This document shows, piece after piece, positions 1-11,275 of a DNA stretch of 64,000 nucleotides. The position numbers and the translations under genes are program-made. Origin of the DNA: Burkholderiales bacterium (GTDB taxonomy: Bacteria; Pseudomonadota; Gammaproteobacteria; Burkholderiales; SG8-41). How positions within the stretch are numbered: position 1 is the stretch's first letter; the number at the start of each line of letters is the position of its first letter. Below the pieces are notes generated by a model that saw only the letters and a list, made by a program, of their open reading frames with translations, made no database searches and was not told the DNA's origin. Where the stretch lies: positions 16,159-80,158 of the forward strand of contig CAXNMF010000010.1 in assembly GCA_964203275.1 (NCBI GenBank). The letters are read 5' to 3'.

Positions 1-142
1 TTCCCAGGTATCAACCATGATCGATCTGAGCCCGTCACGCACGCGCCGCGTCGTGATCGGATACGCCGCCCAGCTCCACGCGAGCCAGGCCGGCACTTCC
101 GACCCCGATTCCAGCCCATCATTCAAAACAAAAGGAAACGCC

Positions 143-1037
143 ATGTCACGCCCGACTTCACAACCGCAATCCGTTTTTGCCAAGCTGTTCCGCAACACCC
201 TCGCAGCCCTGGGCTTCGCAGTGCTGACCGCAGCACCGGCCCTTGCCCAGCAGACCCTGAAGGTCACCACGATCCCCGAAGAAGCCGCAACCGAGCAGAT
301 CCGCAAATTCGGACCGCTGACGCGCTATCTCGAGCGCACTGTGGGCATGAAAGTGGAGTTCACGCCCGTCAACGACTATCCCGCCGCAGTGGAGGCGCTG
401 GTCAACAAGCAGGTTGACCTGGTCTGGTTCGGCGGCTTCACCCATGTGCAGGCGCAACTGCGTTCCGGCGGCAAGATTGTGCCAATCGCGCAGCGCGAGG
501 AAGACACCCAGTTCCGCTCCGTGTTCATCGCCAAGACCGATTCGGGCATCAAGACCCTCGCCGATTTGAAGGACAAGCAGGTGAGCTTCGGATCGCAGTC
601 GAGCACATCCGGACACCTGATGCCTCGCAGCTACCTGCTGGAGGCGAAGATAGACCCTGAAAAGGATTTCAAACGCGTCGCCTATTCGGGCGCGCATGAC
701 GCCACCATCGCATCCGTCGTCGGCGGCCGTGTCGACGCCGCGGCGCTCGACATCACGGTATGGCGCAAGTTCGTCGACGAGAAAAAAGTCGACACCACGA
801 AAGTGAACGTGTTTTACACGACACCGCCGTATTTCAACTACAACTGGTCGGTGCATGCCGACATGCCGGCGGCCCTGCGTGAACGCATCACCAAGGCGCT
901 GCTTGATCTGTCGATGGCCAACGCCCGAAGGCAAGGAAATCCTGACGCTGAACCGCGCCACCAAGTACATCGCCACCAAACCCGAGAACTACAAGGGCCT
1001 CGAAACCGCCGGACGCAGTGCAGGCCTGATCAAGTAA
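143..1037 (+). pseudogene. PhnD-family ABC transporter periplasmic substrate-binding protein, frame broken once near 920
   Basis: Signal peptide MSRPTSQPQSVFAKLFRNTLAALGFAVLTAAPALAQQ, then a PhnD-like core (TLKVTTIPEE, VDLVWFGGFTHVQA, GSQSSTSGHLMPR). After LLDLSMA the family-like C-terminus TPEGKEILTLNRATKYIATKPENYKGLETAGRSAGLIK continues in the frame of ORF 855..1037. Confidence 0.7.
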
Positions 1038-1040
1038 TCC

Positions 1041-1871
1041 ATGCGTATTGCCATTGAAGGGCTTGCGGCGCGCCATCCGGCCGCCGCAAGCGGCAGCCTG
1101 CCGGCGCTGAAACCGCTGACACTCACTGTTGCGCCCGGCGAACAGCTGGCCATCATCGGCCCCTCCGGTGCAGGCAAGACAACATTGCTGCACGCACTGG
1201 CGTGCGCACTGAAACCGGTGGCAGGTCATCTCCTGCTCGACGGTATCGATCCATGGAAACTGCCGGTATCTCAATTACAAACGCTTCGCGGCCAGTTATT
1301 CCTGGCGCCGCAGGCGCCGCCTTTGCCGCCGCGGCAACGCGTCATCACCGCGGTGCTGGCCGGCCGGCTGCCGCAGCAATCGCTGCTCGCGAGCCTGCGT
1401 TCGCTGTTCTACCCGAACCATATTCCGGAAGCACAGGCCGCACTGGAAAAATTCGACCTCGCCGGCAAACTGTGGGATCGCGTTGACCGGCTATCGGGCG
1501 GCGAACGCCAGCGCGTCGGCCTGGCACGCGCCTTGGTTTCCAGCGCCTCACTATGGCTTGTTGATGAACCGCTGTCTTCGCTGGATCCGTCTCGGGCAGC
1601 GCAAGCGATCGATACGCTGACCCGGTCGGCCCATGAACATGGCGCAACGCTGATCACCTCGCTGCACCAAGTCGATGTTGCAAAACGCTTTCAGCGGGTC
1701 ATCGGCCTGCGTGATGGCGAACTCCAGTTTGACCTGCCGTCAGCGGAGGTCACTCACGAGCGGCTGACCACGCTTTACGCCCAGCATGAGGAAGAACTGC
1801 TCGGTGCACCGGCGACCGGCGAACAGAAAACCGCGGAAAATCCGCACATGGCCCCGCTGTACTGTCGATAA
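1041..1871 (+). CDS. ABC transporter ATP-binding protein (PhnC-like)
   Basis: Walker A GPSGAGKTT, ABC signature LSGGERQRVGLARAL, Walker B LWLVDEP. Starts 3 nt after the binding-protein gene. Confidence 0.85.
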   Translation: MRIAIEGLAARHPAAASGSLPALKPLTLTVAPGEQLAIIGPSGAGKTTLLHALACALKPVAGHLLLDGIDPWKLPVSQLQTLRGQLFLAPQAPPLPPRQRVITAVLAGRLPQQSLLASLRSLFYPNHIPEAQAALEKFDLAGKLWDRVDRLSGGERQRVGLARALVSSASLWLVDEPLSSLDPSRAAQAIDTLTRSAHEHGATLITSLHQVDVAKRFQRVIGLRDGELQFDLPSAEVTHERLTTLYAQHEEELLGAPATGEQKTAENPHMAPLYCR

Positions 1872-2730
1872 CCGCACCACAGCCTTGAACACTCCGGTCT
1901 CCGCCCCCATCGCCTCACCGCAACTTCGCGATCCCGCCTGGATCACGCGCGTGTTCTGGCTGCTGGCCGCGGCCGTGCTGCTCGCACCGGCTCTGGTCAT
2001 CACCGAATTCAAGCCTTGGACGCTGTTCGAGCCTGAAACCATCAAATCCACAAAACGTTTCATCGGCGATTTTTTCCCGCCCAAAATTGAAACGGAATTC
2101 CTGCTGATGGTGGCGCGCGAGGCCTGGCGCACGGTCGCTATCGCCACCGCCGGCATGGCGCTGGCCCTGATCATTGCGATTCCACTGACCTTCATATCGA
2201 CCAGCGCGATTTCGATTTCGGCACTGTCGGGACGCATGCATGCGCTCCCCTTCGTCCTGCGCCAGGCCACCCGCTGGTTGTTGATCGTGCTGCGCAGCGT
2301 GCCCGAGCTGGTGTGGGCGCTGGTGTTCGTACGCGTGGTCGGCCTCGGTCCTACTGCGGGCGTGCTCGCCATCGCACTGACTTATGGCGGCATGCTCGGC
2401 AAGGTCTATGGCGAAATCCTCGAGAGCGACGAAACACATGCAACTCACGCGCTGCTGCGTAACGGCGCCGGACGCCTGCAGGCTTTTTTCTACGGCCTGC
2501 TGCCGCAAAGCGCGCCGGAACTGACCAGCTACACGGTGTATCGCTGGGAATGCGCCATCCGCTCGTCGGCAGTGCTGGGTTTTGTCGGCGCCGGCGGCCT
2601 CGGTCAGCAGATGGACAACTCCATGAAAATGTTCCAGGGCGCGGAAGTCGCGACCATGCTGATCGCATTCATGTTGCTGGTGGCGCTCGCCGACCAGGCC
2701 AGCGCCTGGCTGAGAAAGATGCTGGCATGA
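1786..2730 (+). CDS. ABC transporter permease (PhnE-like); true start probably downstream of 1786
   Basis: Multi-TM protein with a permease EAA-type region (SVPELVWALVFVRVVGLGPTAGVLAIALTYGGMLGKVY). The ATG at 1786 overlaps the ATPase gene by 86 nt. A TTG at 1885 is an alternative start. Confidence 0.7.
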   Translation: MRKNCSVHRRPANRKPRKIRTWPRCTVDNRTTALNTPVSAPIASPQLRDPAWITRVFWLLAAAVLLAPALVITEFKPWTLFEPETIKSTKRFIGDFFPPKIETEFLLMVAREAWRTVAIATAGMALALIIAIPLTFISTSAISISALSGRMHALPFVLRQATRWLLIVLRSVPELVWALVFVRVVGLGPTAGVLAIALTYGGMLGKVYGEILESDETHATHALLRNGAGRLQAFFYGLLPQSAPELTSYTVYRWECAIRSSAVLGFVGAGGLGQQMDNSMKMFQGAEVATMLIAFMLLVALADQASAWLRKMLA

Positions 2731-2974
2731 GCCACCTGACGAGGGGATCGGCGAAACGCGGAGCAGGGGCCCCGCTCGCGGGGATGCGACCGTGCAGCCG
2801 ATCAAGGGCGCGAGTTCACGATCCCTTGCGCGTCTACGGGGTCAGATCCCCAGAGGGGCCCCTCTTCCGCCCTTCGACGCGCCCCGCTTCAGCGGGGATC
2901 GGCAGCAAGGCGATTGCCAGCGGCAGCCGACAGCGCAGCATGAACTATGCAACTGATGGCATGGAGGCTGCGGC
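2731..2974. repeat. Structured GC-rich spacer between the two permease genes (REP-like)
   Basis: Two GGGGCCCC-centred palindromes (2766..2773; AGAGGGGCCCCTCT at 2852..2865). 10-nt direct repeat GGGGATCGGC at 2743..2752 and 2894..2903. Hairpin CCCCGC-TTCA-GCGGGG at 2882..2897. Confidence 0.6.
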
Positions 2975-3820
2975 ATGAGCGCCACATCTCCGAAAACAGC
3001 TGCAGATGCGGCAAACGAGACTTACCGCCTGCCGCCGAAACTGTTTGACGCGCGCTGCGCCGCCTGCTGGTTCATGCTCGGACTGTTTGCGCTGACCCTT
3101 GCCAGCTTCTGGTCACTGGATCTGCAATGGGCGAAATTTCTGTCCGCCGACGCGCTGCGCAAAATGGGACGGTTCATGGCTGAGCTGATGACGCCGTCAA
3201 CCGAACCAGCCTTTTTGCTGAAGCTGGCGGGCGCCAGCCTCGAAACCATCGCCATGTCGGCGCTGGGCACTTTGCTTGCCGCAATCGCAGGCCTCGGCCT
3301 CGCGCTGCCGGCCAGCAGAACCTACCCCGGCGACCCGGCTTACTGGCGCGCGCCAACGAGACTGTTGCTCAACGGACTGCGCGCAATTCCGGAACTGGTA
3401 TGGGCGGCGCTGCTGATTATCTCGGCGGGACTCGGACCGTTCGCCGGCACGCTCGCGCTGGCGCTGCACACCACAGGGGTCCTCGGACGCTTGTTTGCTG
3501 AAGCCATCGAAAACGCGCCGCAGGGCCCCGCATTCGCGTTGCGCGTGCGTGGCGTCTCACCGACCCGGGTCTTTTGCTATGCAACCTTGGTGCAGGTGTT
3601 GCCGCAATTGTTGTCATACACGCTGTATCGCTGGGAAAACAATATCCGCGCGGCAGCGGTGCTCGGCGTTGTCGGCGGCGGCGGACTCGGGCAGATGCTG
3701 GCCTTCCACATGGGACTGTTCCACATGAACGAAACCAGTGCGATCCTGATCGCTATGATCCTTCTGGTCGCGCTGGTCGATCTGCTGTCCTATGTATCGC
3801 GCCGCATCATGCAGCGCTGA
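2975..3820 (+). CDS. Second ABC transporter permease (PhnE-like)
   Basis: Paralogue of the previous permease (AIPELVWAALLIISAGLGPFAGTLALALHTTGVLGRLF; C-terminal YTLYRWENNIRAAAVLGVVGGGGLG matches YTVYRWECAIRSSAVLGFVGAGGLG in 1786..2730). Confidence 0.8.
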   Translation: MSATSPKTAADAANETYRLPPKLFDARCAACWFMLGLFALTLASFWSLDLQWAKFLSADALRKMGRFMAELMTPSTEPAFLLKLAGASLETIAMSALGTLLAAIAGLGLALPASRTYPGDPAYWRAPTRLLLNGLRAIPELVWAALLIISAGLGPFAGTLALALHTTGVLGRLFAEAIENAPQGPAFALRVRGVSPTRVFCYATLVQVLPQLLSYTLYRWENNIRAAAVLGVVGGGGLGQMLAFHMGLFHMNETSAILIAMILLVALVDLLSYVSRRIMQR

Positions 3821-3832
3821 TGCCGCAAGGTG

Positions 3833-5371
3833 TTACTCGCTGCCGCGGCGATTGAAGTCGCGCAGCCGGAAACCGGTGAGCCATAAGGTGCCGAAGTAGG
3901 CCGCTGCACCAGCGACAACCAGCAAGGCGAGACGCGCGATTCGTTCCAGCGCCCCGGCGGTCAGCCAGCTGGCGGAGTCGCCCGCCATCACCCACAACAC
4001 CGTACCCATCACATACACCGCCAGCGCCAGCTTGAGCACGAATTCACGCCAGCCGGGTTGCGGCTGGTAGATCGCGCGCTTGCGCAGCCCGCGCAGCAGC
4101 AGTCCCGCGTTAAGGCAGGCGCCGACGCTGATCGCCAGCGCCAAACCGGCGTGGTGCAGTTGTCCGATAAAAACCAGGTTGAGCAACTGCGTGAATACCA
4201 GCGTCACCAGCGCGATTTTCACTGGTGTGCGGATGTCCTGCCGCGCGTAAAACCCCGGCGCCAGAACCTTCACTGCAATCAGCCCGACCAGTCCGATGGA
4301 ATAGGCAATCACCGCGTTGCGCGTATTGATGACATCCGTCGCCGTAAATGCGCCGTAATGAAACAGCGTTGCCACAAGCGGCAAAGCCAGTACCGCCAGC
4401 GCGACCGCACAAGGCACCGCCAGCATCAGTGTCAGCCTTAGTCCCCAGTCGAGAAGCTCCGAATACGCCTGCGTTGAACCTTCGGCATGGCGTTTTGAAA
4501 GACTCGGCAGCAGGATGGTGCCCAGCGCGACACCGAGCAGCCCCATCGGAAACTCCATCAGCCGGTCGGCGAAGTACAACCATGTCACGCTGCCGCTGAT
4601 CAGGAACGAAGCGAAAATATTATTGATCAGCAGACTCAACTGACCCACTGACACGCCAAACACCGCGGGCCCCATCTGGCGCAGCACACGCCGTACGCCC
4701 TCATCGCGCAGGTCGGGACGTGGTCGCGGAAACATGCCGATGCGTGCGAGGAACGGCAGTTGAAACGCCAGTTGCAGCACACCGCCGGCAAACACCGCCC
4801 ACGCCAGCGCCTTGACCGGCGGATCAAACCACGGTGCGGCAAACAGCGCAAAGCCGATAAACGACAGATTGAGCAGCACCGGCGTAAATGCCGGTACCGC
4901 AAAACGGCCCCAGGTATTGAGGATGCCGCCGGCGAGTGCGGTCAGTGCAATGAATACGATGTACGGAAAGGTGATGCGCAACAGATCGACCGTAAGCGCA
5001 AATTTTTCCGGCGTCGCCGCAAATCCCGGCGCACTGACGGCGATGATCCACGGCGCGACCAGCACGCCGGCAGCGGTTACCAGCAGCAACACGATGCCGA
5101 GTACGCCGGTGACGTGATCCACCAGTGTGCGCGTCGCCTCTTCACCGCGCCGGTTTTTGTATTCGGCGAGGATGGGCACGAAGGCCTGGGAAAACGCGCC
5201 CTCGGCAAAAAGCCGACGCAAAAGGTTGGGAATCTTGAAGGCGACGAAGAAAGCATCAGTAGCCAGCCCGGCCCCGAAAACCCGCGCAATCAGCGCATCG
5301 CGCACAAAACCCAGCACGCGGGACACCAGGGTCATGCTGCTGACCGTAGCTAAAGCCTTGAGTAGATTCAT
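3833..5371 (-). CDS. murJ: Lipid II flippase MurJ
   Basis: [72 protein letters not shown] is the canonical MurJ/MviN N-terminus. About 14 TM segments. Start moved to the MNLLK Met (13 codons inside the track ORF). Confidence 0.93.
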   Translation of the reverse strand: MNLLKALATVSSMTLVSRVLGFVRDALIARVFGAGLATDAFFVAFKIPNLLRRLFAEGAFSQAFVPILAEYKNRRGEEATRTLVDHVTGVLGIVLLLVTAAGVLVAPWIIAVSAPGFAATPEKFALTVDLLRITFPYIVFIALTALAGGILNTWGRFAVPAFTPVLLNLSFIGFALFAAPWFDPPVKALAWAVFAGGVLQLAFQLPFLARIGMFPRPRPDLRDEGVRRVLRQMGPAVFGVSVGQLSLLINNIFASFLISGSVTWLYFADRLMEFPMGLLGVALGTILLPSLSKRHAEGSTQAYSELLDWGLRLTLMLAVPCAVALAVLALPLVATLFHYGAFTATDVINTRNAVIAYSIGLVGLIAVKVLAPGFYARQDIRTPVKIALVTLVFTQLLNLVFIGQLHHAGLALAISVGACLNAGLLLRGLRKRAIYQPQPGWREFVLKLALAVYVMGTVLWVMAGDSASWLTAGALERIARLALLVVAGAAAYFGTLWLTGFRLRDFNRRGSE

Positions 5372-5476
5372 ATTTCCTGAAACCGGGCCGCCGGGAGGCG
5401 GCCAAGGCATAACTTGCGGTTAAGGCGTATTTTCTTTATCATTACGCCCTTTTTCCGAACGAAATCCGGAGTTTAC

Positions 5477-5740
5477 ATGGCCAATATCGCTTCAGCCAAA
5501 AAAGCCGCACGCCAAGCCGTCAAGCGTCGCGCCCTCAATGGTGCCCAACGCTCTGAACTGCGCACTGCGATCAAGGAAGTCCGCAAGGCGATCGCAGCCG
5601 GTGACAAGGCCGCAGCCAAAACCGTTTTCCAGAAATCAGTCAGCACCATCGACTCGATCGCTGACAAGAAAATCATGCACAAGAACACGGCAGCCCGTCA
5701 CAAGAGCCGCCTGTCCGCCGCCGTCAAGGCGATGGCCTAA
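5477..5740 (+). CDS. rpsT: 30S ribosomal protein S20
   Basis: [21 protein letters not shown]...[20 protein letters not shown]. Divergent from murJ, as in many proteobacteria. Start is the ATG at 5477. Confidence 0.95.
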   Translation: MANIASAKKAARQAVKRRALNGAQRSELRTAIKEVRKAIAAGDKAAAKTVFQKSVSTIDSIADKKIMHKNTAARHKSRLSAAVKAMA

Positions 5741-5794
5741 GCAGTTGTTTGCCGCCTGCCGGATTCCGGCGGGCCATGGATGGCGGGCGTCTGC

Positions 5795-6145
5795 CTAGCT
5801 TTCCGAACGGGGAGCAACCCCGCCTTCAGCCACAGCAGCCCCGGTCACCGGATCATCCGGGCGTTTGGCTTTGCGGCCAGGCCGCATCTTCAACTGATTG
5901 TCACGGGCGAACTGCAGCAGGAAGGCATAGGCTGCGGGATCACGTTGTTCCAGTTCCCGGTCGACGGCGACGCAACGCACACCACCGGCCATGATCGGTT
6001 TCAGGAAAGGCGAGTAGGCTAGATAGCCGTCGTCGCTGAATACGGAAAGCATGCCGCTGAGGCGTTCAGCCCAGTCACTCGGGCGAAACGTTTCACCGCT
6101 TTCGGTGATGCCCTGGATGACGATTTCCGGCGCGCCTTCGAACAT
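5795..6145 (-). CDS. DUF3579-like small protein
   Basis: MFEGAPEIVIQGITESGETFRPSDWAERLSGMLSVFSDDGYLAYSPFLKPIMAGGVRCVAVDRELEQRDPAAYAFLLQFARDNQL. Only the 3' 351 nt of the 289-aa track ORF look coding; the rest is antisense to argD. Confidence 0.7.
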   Translation of the reverse strand: MFEGAPEIVIQGITESGETFRPSDWAERLSGMLSVFSDDGYLAYSPFLKPIMAGGVRCVAVDRELEQRDPAAYAFLLQFARDNQLKMRPGRKAKRPDDPVTGAAVAEGGVAPRSES

Positions 6146-6330
6146 GTTGCCAGCCCTGTTTTTGAAACCTGTTTTTTGAGCGACCAAGTCTAGCAGAACA
6201 CCCCTGAAAAACCCTGCTTCCCACTCTGTAACGTAACGGAAAATTAACTTGCCAAGAAAAACGGGGTTGGCGAGAATAGCTGCATCGGCGGCGTAAGGCC
6301 GCCGTCTGTTTTTGTGGAGGTCAAACGACC

Positions 6331-7523
6331 ATGTCGCACGTGATGAACACCTACGGTCGCCTGCCCGTCGCTTTTGAGCGCGGTGAGGGTGTCTGGCTGT
6401 GGGACACGCAGGGTAAGACGCTACCTGGACGCGCTCGCCGGCGTGGCCGTGAACGCGCTCGGCCACAGCCACCCGAAGCTGGTGGCCGCGCTGCGCGAGC
6501 AGGTCGGCAAACTGATCCACACCTCCAATATCTACCAGATCGCGTCCCAGGAAAAACTCGCCGACCGCATTGCTGCCGCCTCGGGCATGGACAGTGTATT
6601 TTTCTGCAACTCCGGTGCGGAAGCCAACGAGGCGGCCATCAAGCTCGCGCGCTACTACGGCCACAAGAAGGGCATCGAGAACCCTGCAGTGGTGGTGCTC
6701 GAAAAATCATTCCACGGTCGTACTATGGCGACGCTGTCGGCCACCGGCAGCCGCAAGGTGCAGGCCGGCTTCGAGCCGCTGGTGACCGGTTTCGTGCGCG
6801 TGCCGTTCAATGATCTAGAAGCCGTGCAGCGCGTTGCCAGTTCCAACCGCAACGTGGTCGCCGTGCTCGCCGAACTGGTGCAGGGCGAAGGCGGCGTCAC
6901 GTGTCTGCAGCGACGGCTACCTGAAGGGTCTGCGTGAAATCTGCGACGCCAACGGCTGGCTACTGATGCTCGACGAAGTGCAGACCGGCATGGGCCGCAC
7001 CGGCAAGATGTTCGCCTTCCAGCATTACGGTGTGATGCCCGACGTGATCACCCTCGCCAAAGGTCTCGGTGGCGGTGTTCCGGTCGGCGCCTGCGTTGCC
7101 CGCGGTGAAGCCGCCACGCTGTTCAAGCCCGGCAGCCACGGCTCGACCTTCGGCGGCAACCTGCTCGCCTGCGCAGCGGCGCTCGCCACCATCGACATCA
7201 TCGAATCCGAAGACCTGTGCAAGAACGCCGCCGAGGTGGGCTCGCACATCCAGACCAACCTGCGTCGCGCGCTGGCCGAGACGCCGGGCGTCCGCGAAGT
7301 CCGCGGCAAAGGCATGATGATCGGCATCGAACTCGACCGGCCCTGTGGCGACCTGGTGAAAACCGCGCTCGAAGCTGGTCTGCTGATCAACGTCACCGCC
7401 GACAACGTCGTACGGCTGGTGCCGCCGCTGGTGATGTCGCGCTCCGAAGCCGACCAGCTGGTCGATCAGCTGGCGCCGATGATCCGCTCCTTCCTGATGA
7501 AGGCCGCCCCGGCGGCCGCCTGA
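6331..7523 (+). pseudogene. argD: Acetylornithine/succinylornithine aminotransferase ArgD, two frame breaks (near 6418 and 6900)
   Basis: Three track ORFs (6331, 6374, 6834) join into one class-III aminotransferase: MSHVMNTYGRLPVAFERGEGVWLWDTQGK | RYLDALAGVAVNALGHSHP...VQGEGGV | SDGYLKGLREICDANGWLLMLDEVQTGMGRTGKMFAFQHYGVMPDVITLAKGLGGG. GGAGG RBS at 6317. Confidence 0.85.
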
Positions 7524-7556
7524 TCGCACGGCGCGTCTGCCGCGCTTGGAAAAATC

Positions 7557-8480
7557 ATGCAATTGCGTCACTACCTCCAGTTCAAAGACTTCACCGCCGC
7601 CGAATACGATCACGTATTCGCGCGCGCGCTGTGGATCAAGGAACGCTTCAAGCGTTACGAACCCTATCTGCCGCTGCACGACCGCACGCTGGCGATGATT
7701 TTCGAGAAGAACTCGACGCGCACGCGCGTGTCTTTCGAAGCAGGCATGCTGCAGATGGGTGGCACGGTGATCAACCTCACCTCCAGCCAGACGCAACTCA
7801 GCCGTGGCGAACCGATCGAAGATGTCGCGCGCGTGATCACGCGCATGGTCGACATCGTGATGATCCGCACCTTCGAGCAGTCGATCATCGAACGCTTCTC
7901 GGCCTACTCGCGCGTGCCGGTGATCAACGGGCTGACCAACGAATACCATCCCTGCCAGATCCTCGCGGATATTTTCACGTTCATCGAACACCGCGGCTCG
8001 ATCCGCGGCAAGACGGTGGCGTGGATCGGTGACTCGAACAATGTCTGCAACACCTGGCTGCAGGCCGCCGAGGTGCTCGGTTTCAACGTACACGTGTCGA
8101 CGCCGCCGGGTTATGAAGTCGAACCCGAACGCGCCGGTCTTTACGGCACCGACCATTACGAAGAATTCAAGGACCCGATGGATGCCGTGCGCGGCGCAGA
8201 CCTCGTCACCACCGACGTGTGGACCAGCATGGGCTTTGAAGCCGAGAACGAAGAACGCAAACGCGACTTCGAAGACTGGTGCGTCGATGCCGACATGATG
8301 CGCGTCGCCGGCAAGGACTCGCTGTTCATGCACTGCCTGCCCGCGCACCGCGGCGAAGAAGTCACCGCCGAAGTCATCGACGGTCCGCACAGCGTGGTGT
8401 GGGATGAAGCCGAGAATCGCCTCCACGCGCAAAAGGCGCTGATGGAATACCTGCTGCTCGGCAAAGTCGAGAACACTTAA
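7557..8480 (+). CDS. argF: Ornithine carbamoyltransferase
   Basis: STRTRVSFE carbamoyl-phosphate motif, HPCQILAD, and [11 protein letters not shown] near the C-terminus. Confidence 0.95.
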   Translation: MQLRHYLQFKDFTAAEYDHVFARALWIKERFKRYEPYLPLHDRTLAMIFEKNSTRTRVSFEAGMLQMGGTVINLTSSQTQLSRGEPIEDVARVITRMVDIVMIRTFEQSIIERFSAYSRVPVINGLTNEYHPCQILADIFTFIEHRGSIRGKTVAWIGDSNNVCNTWLQAAEVLGFNVHVSTPPGYEVEPERAGLYGTDHYEEFKDPMDAVRGADLVTTDVWTSMGFEAENEERKRDFEDWCVDADMMRVAGKDSLFMHCLPAHRGEEVTAEVIDGPHSVVWDEAENRLHAQKALMEYLLLGKVENT

Positions 8481-8500
8481 TTACTGCAACTCTGAAAATC

Positions 8501-9733
<1,233 letters not shown>

Positions 9734-9780
9734 ACAAGCCGCTCAAACACCAAGGCCAACAACCTTTTTCGGAGTTCCGC

Positions 9781-10092
9781 ATGTCCCAGTTCGACAACGT
9801 ATCCGTCATCAAAAATGCCAACGTCTATTTCGACGGCAAATGCATCAGCCACACCGTGATCCTCGCCGGCGGCGTACGCAAATCGGTGGGCGTGATCCTG
9901 CCCTCGACCCTGACCTTCAACACCGATGCCCCCGAGCGCATGGAAATCATCGCCGGCAGCTGCCGCTACAAGCTGGCGGGCGCCACCGACTGGAAAACCG
10001 TAAAAGCCGGTGAGAGCTTTGATGTGCCGGGCAAATCCAGCTTCCAGATCGAACAAAGCGAGCCGCTGCACTACGTCTGCCATTTTGGTTAA
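9781..10092 (+). CDS. ppnP: Pyrimidine/purine nucleoside phosphorylase PpnP (DUF1255)
   Basis: 103 aa. [13 protein letters not shown]...[37 protein letters not shown] is typical of the YaiE/PpnP cupin family. Confidence 0.85.
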   Translation: MSQFDNVSVIKNANVYFDGKCISHTVILAGGVRKSVGVILPSTLTFNTDAPERMEIIAGSCRYKLAGATDWKTVKAGESFDVPGKSSFQIEQSEPLHYVCHFG

Positions 10093-10098
10093 GCGGGC

Positions 10099-10692
10099 AT
10101 GACCACCGTCGTTGTGGTGCGCAAGGGTCGCGACATCGCGATCGCCGCGGACACCATGACCAAGTGGGGCTCCGGCAAGGAAACCGCCGACTACGTCGTC
10201 AACCACGGCAAGCTTCTGCAGGTCGGCGACACCTGGCTCGGGCTGACCGGCAACGCCACCTTCAAGACCATCCTGCGCGACTATTTCTCACGCCCGAAAG
10301 TGCGTGCGCGCTTTGACACGCCGCTGGAAATCTTCCGCACCTGGCAGGCGCTGCATATCGCGCTGAAAGCCGATTATCAGCTGATCTCCACCGGACACGA
10401 CGACGAACCGCTGGAATCGACACGTTTCGACGCGTTGGTCGCCAACCGTCACGGCATCTTCGGCGTGGTCGCGCATCGTACCGTGCAGGAGTTCTCGCGT
10501 TATTACGCCTTTGGCAGCGGCAGCAACTATGCGATGGGTGCACTGCATGCGTTGTACGGTGAGCGCAGCATCAATGCCGAAGCGCTGGCCCGCCGCGCGG
10601 TTGAAACCGCCGCTGAATTCGACGATGCGACCGGGCTGCCGGTCGACTCGCAGAAGATTCTCCAGTCTGCAACGCGCAAAAGTACACGCTGA
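10099..10692 (+). CDS. Ntn-hydrolase / proteasome beta (HslV-like) fold protein, function unknown
   Basis: N-terminus MTTVVVVRKGRDIAIAADT resembles the Thr-nucleophile start of HslV/20S beta subunits. No hslU-like partner is adjacent. Assignment made by eye only. Confidence 0.45.
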   Translation: MTTVVVVRKGRDIAIAADTMTKWGSGKETADYVVNHGKLLQVGDTWLGLTGNATFKTILRDYFSRPKVRARFDTPLEIFRTWQALHIALKADYQLISTGHDDEPLESTRFDALVANRHGIFGVVAHRTVQEFSRYYAFGSGSNYAMGALHALYGERSINAEALARRAVETAAEFDDATGLPVDSQKILQSATRKSTR

Positions 10693-10761
10693 AGCCGGCC
10701 CGCATCCACAGGATGCCGGGGCGTATAATCCACATCTGACACACTGAACAGCGAGGAAGCC

Positions 10762-11253
10762 ATGCCTTCATTCGACATCGTTTCCGAGGTCAATCAGGTC
10801 GAAGTGCACAACGCCGTCGACCAGACCAACAAGGAAGTCTCCACCCGTTTCGATTTCAAGGGCTCCGACGCCCGCGTCGAAATGAACGAGAAGGAAAAAA
10901 CCCTCACCGTCTTCGCCGACGATGATTTCAAATTGAGCCAGGTGCGCGATGTGCTGACCGCCAAGCTGGCGAAACGCGGCGTCGATACGCGTTGCCTGAA
11001 AATCGGCGACGGCGAAACCATCAGCGGCAACAAGATGAAACAGCCGGTGACAGTGCGTGAAGGCATCGAACAGGAACTGGCGAAAAAAATCGTCAAGCTG
11101 ATCAAAGACAGCAAGATGAAAGTCCAGGGCAGCATCCAGGGCGATGTGGTGCGTGTCTCCAGCGCCAAGAAGGATCTGCTCCAGGACGCGATCGCGCTGA
11201 TCCGCAAGTCGATCACTGATTTTCCGCTGCAGTTCAAGAACTTCCGCGACTGA
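10762..11253 (+). CDS. yajQ: YajQ-family nucleotide/c-di-GMP-binding protein (UPF0234)
   Basis: [40 protein letters not shown] is the conserved YajQ N-terminus. 163 aa. Confidence 0.9.
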   Translation: MPSFDIVSEVNQVEVHNAVDQTNKEVSTRFDFKGSDARVEMNEKEKTLTVFADDDFKLSQVRDVLTAKLAKRGVDTRCLKIGDGETISGNKMKQPVTVREGIEQELAKKIVKLIKDSKMKVQGSIQGDVVRVSSAKKDLLQDAIALIRKSITDFPLQFKNFRD

Positions 11254-11275
11254 TCCCGCAGCCGGTCGCGAATCC

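Noticed and set aside
5795-6664. 289-aa version of the DUF3579 ORF
   Set aside because: Only the last 116 codons look like the DUF3579 family. The upstream 170 codons are antisense to the argD 5' end and intergenic DNA.
6960-8432. 490-aa minus-strand ORF
   Set aside because: It is antisense to argD and argF. There are no motifs and the composition is that of a GC-rich shadow frame.
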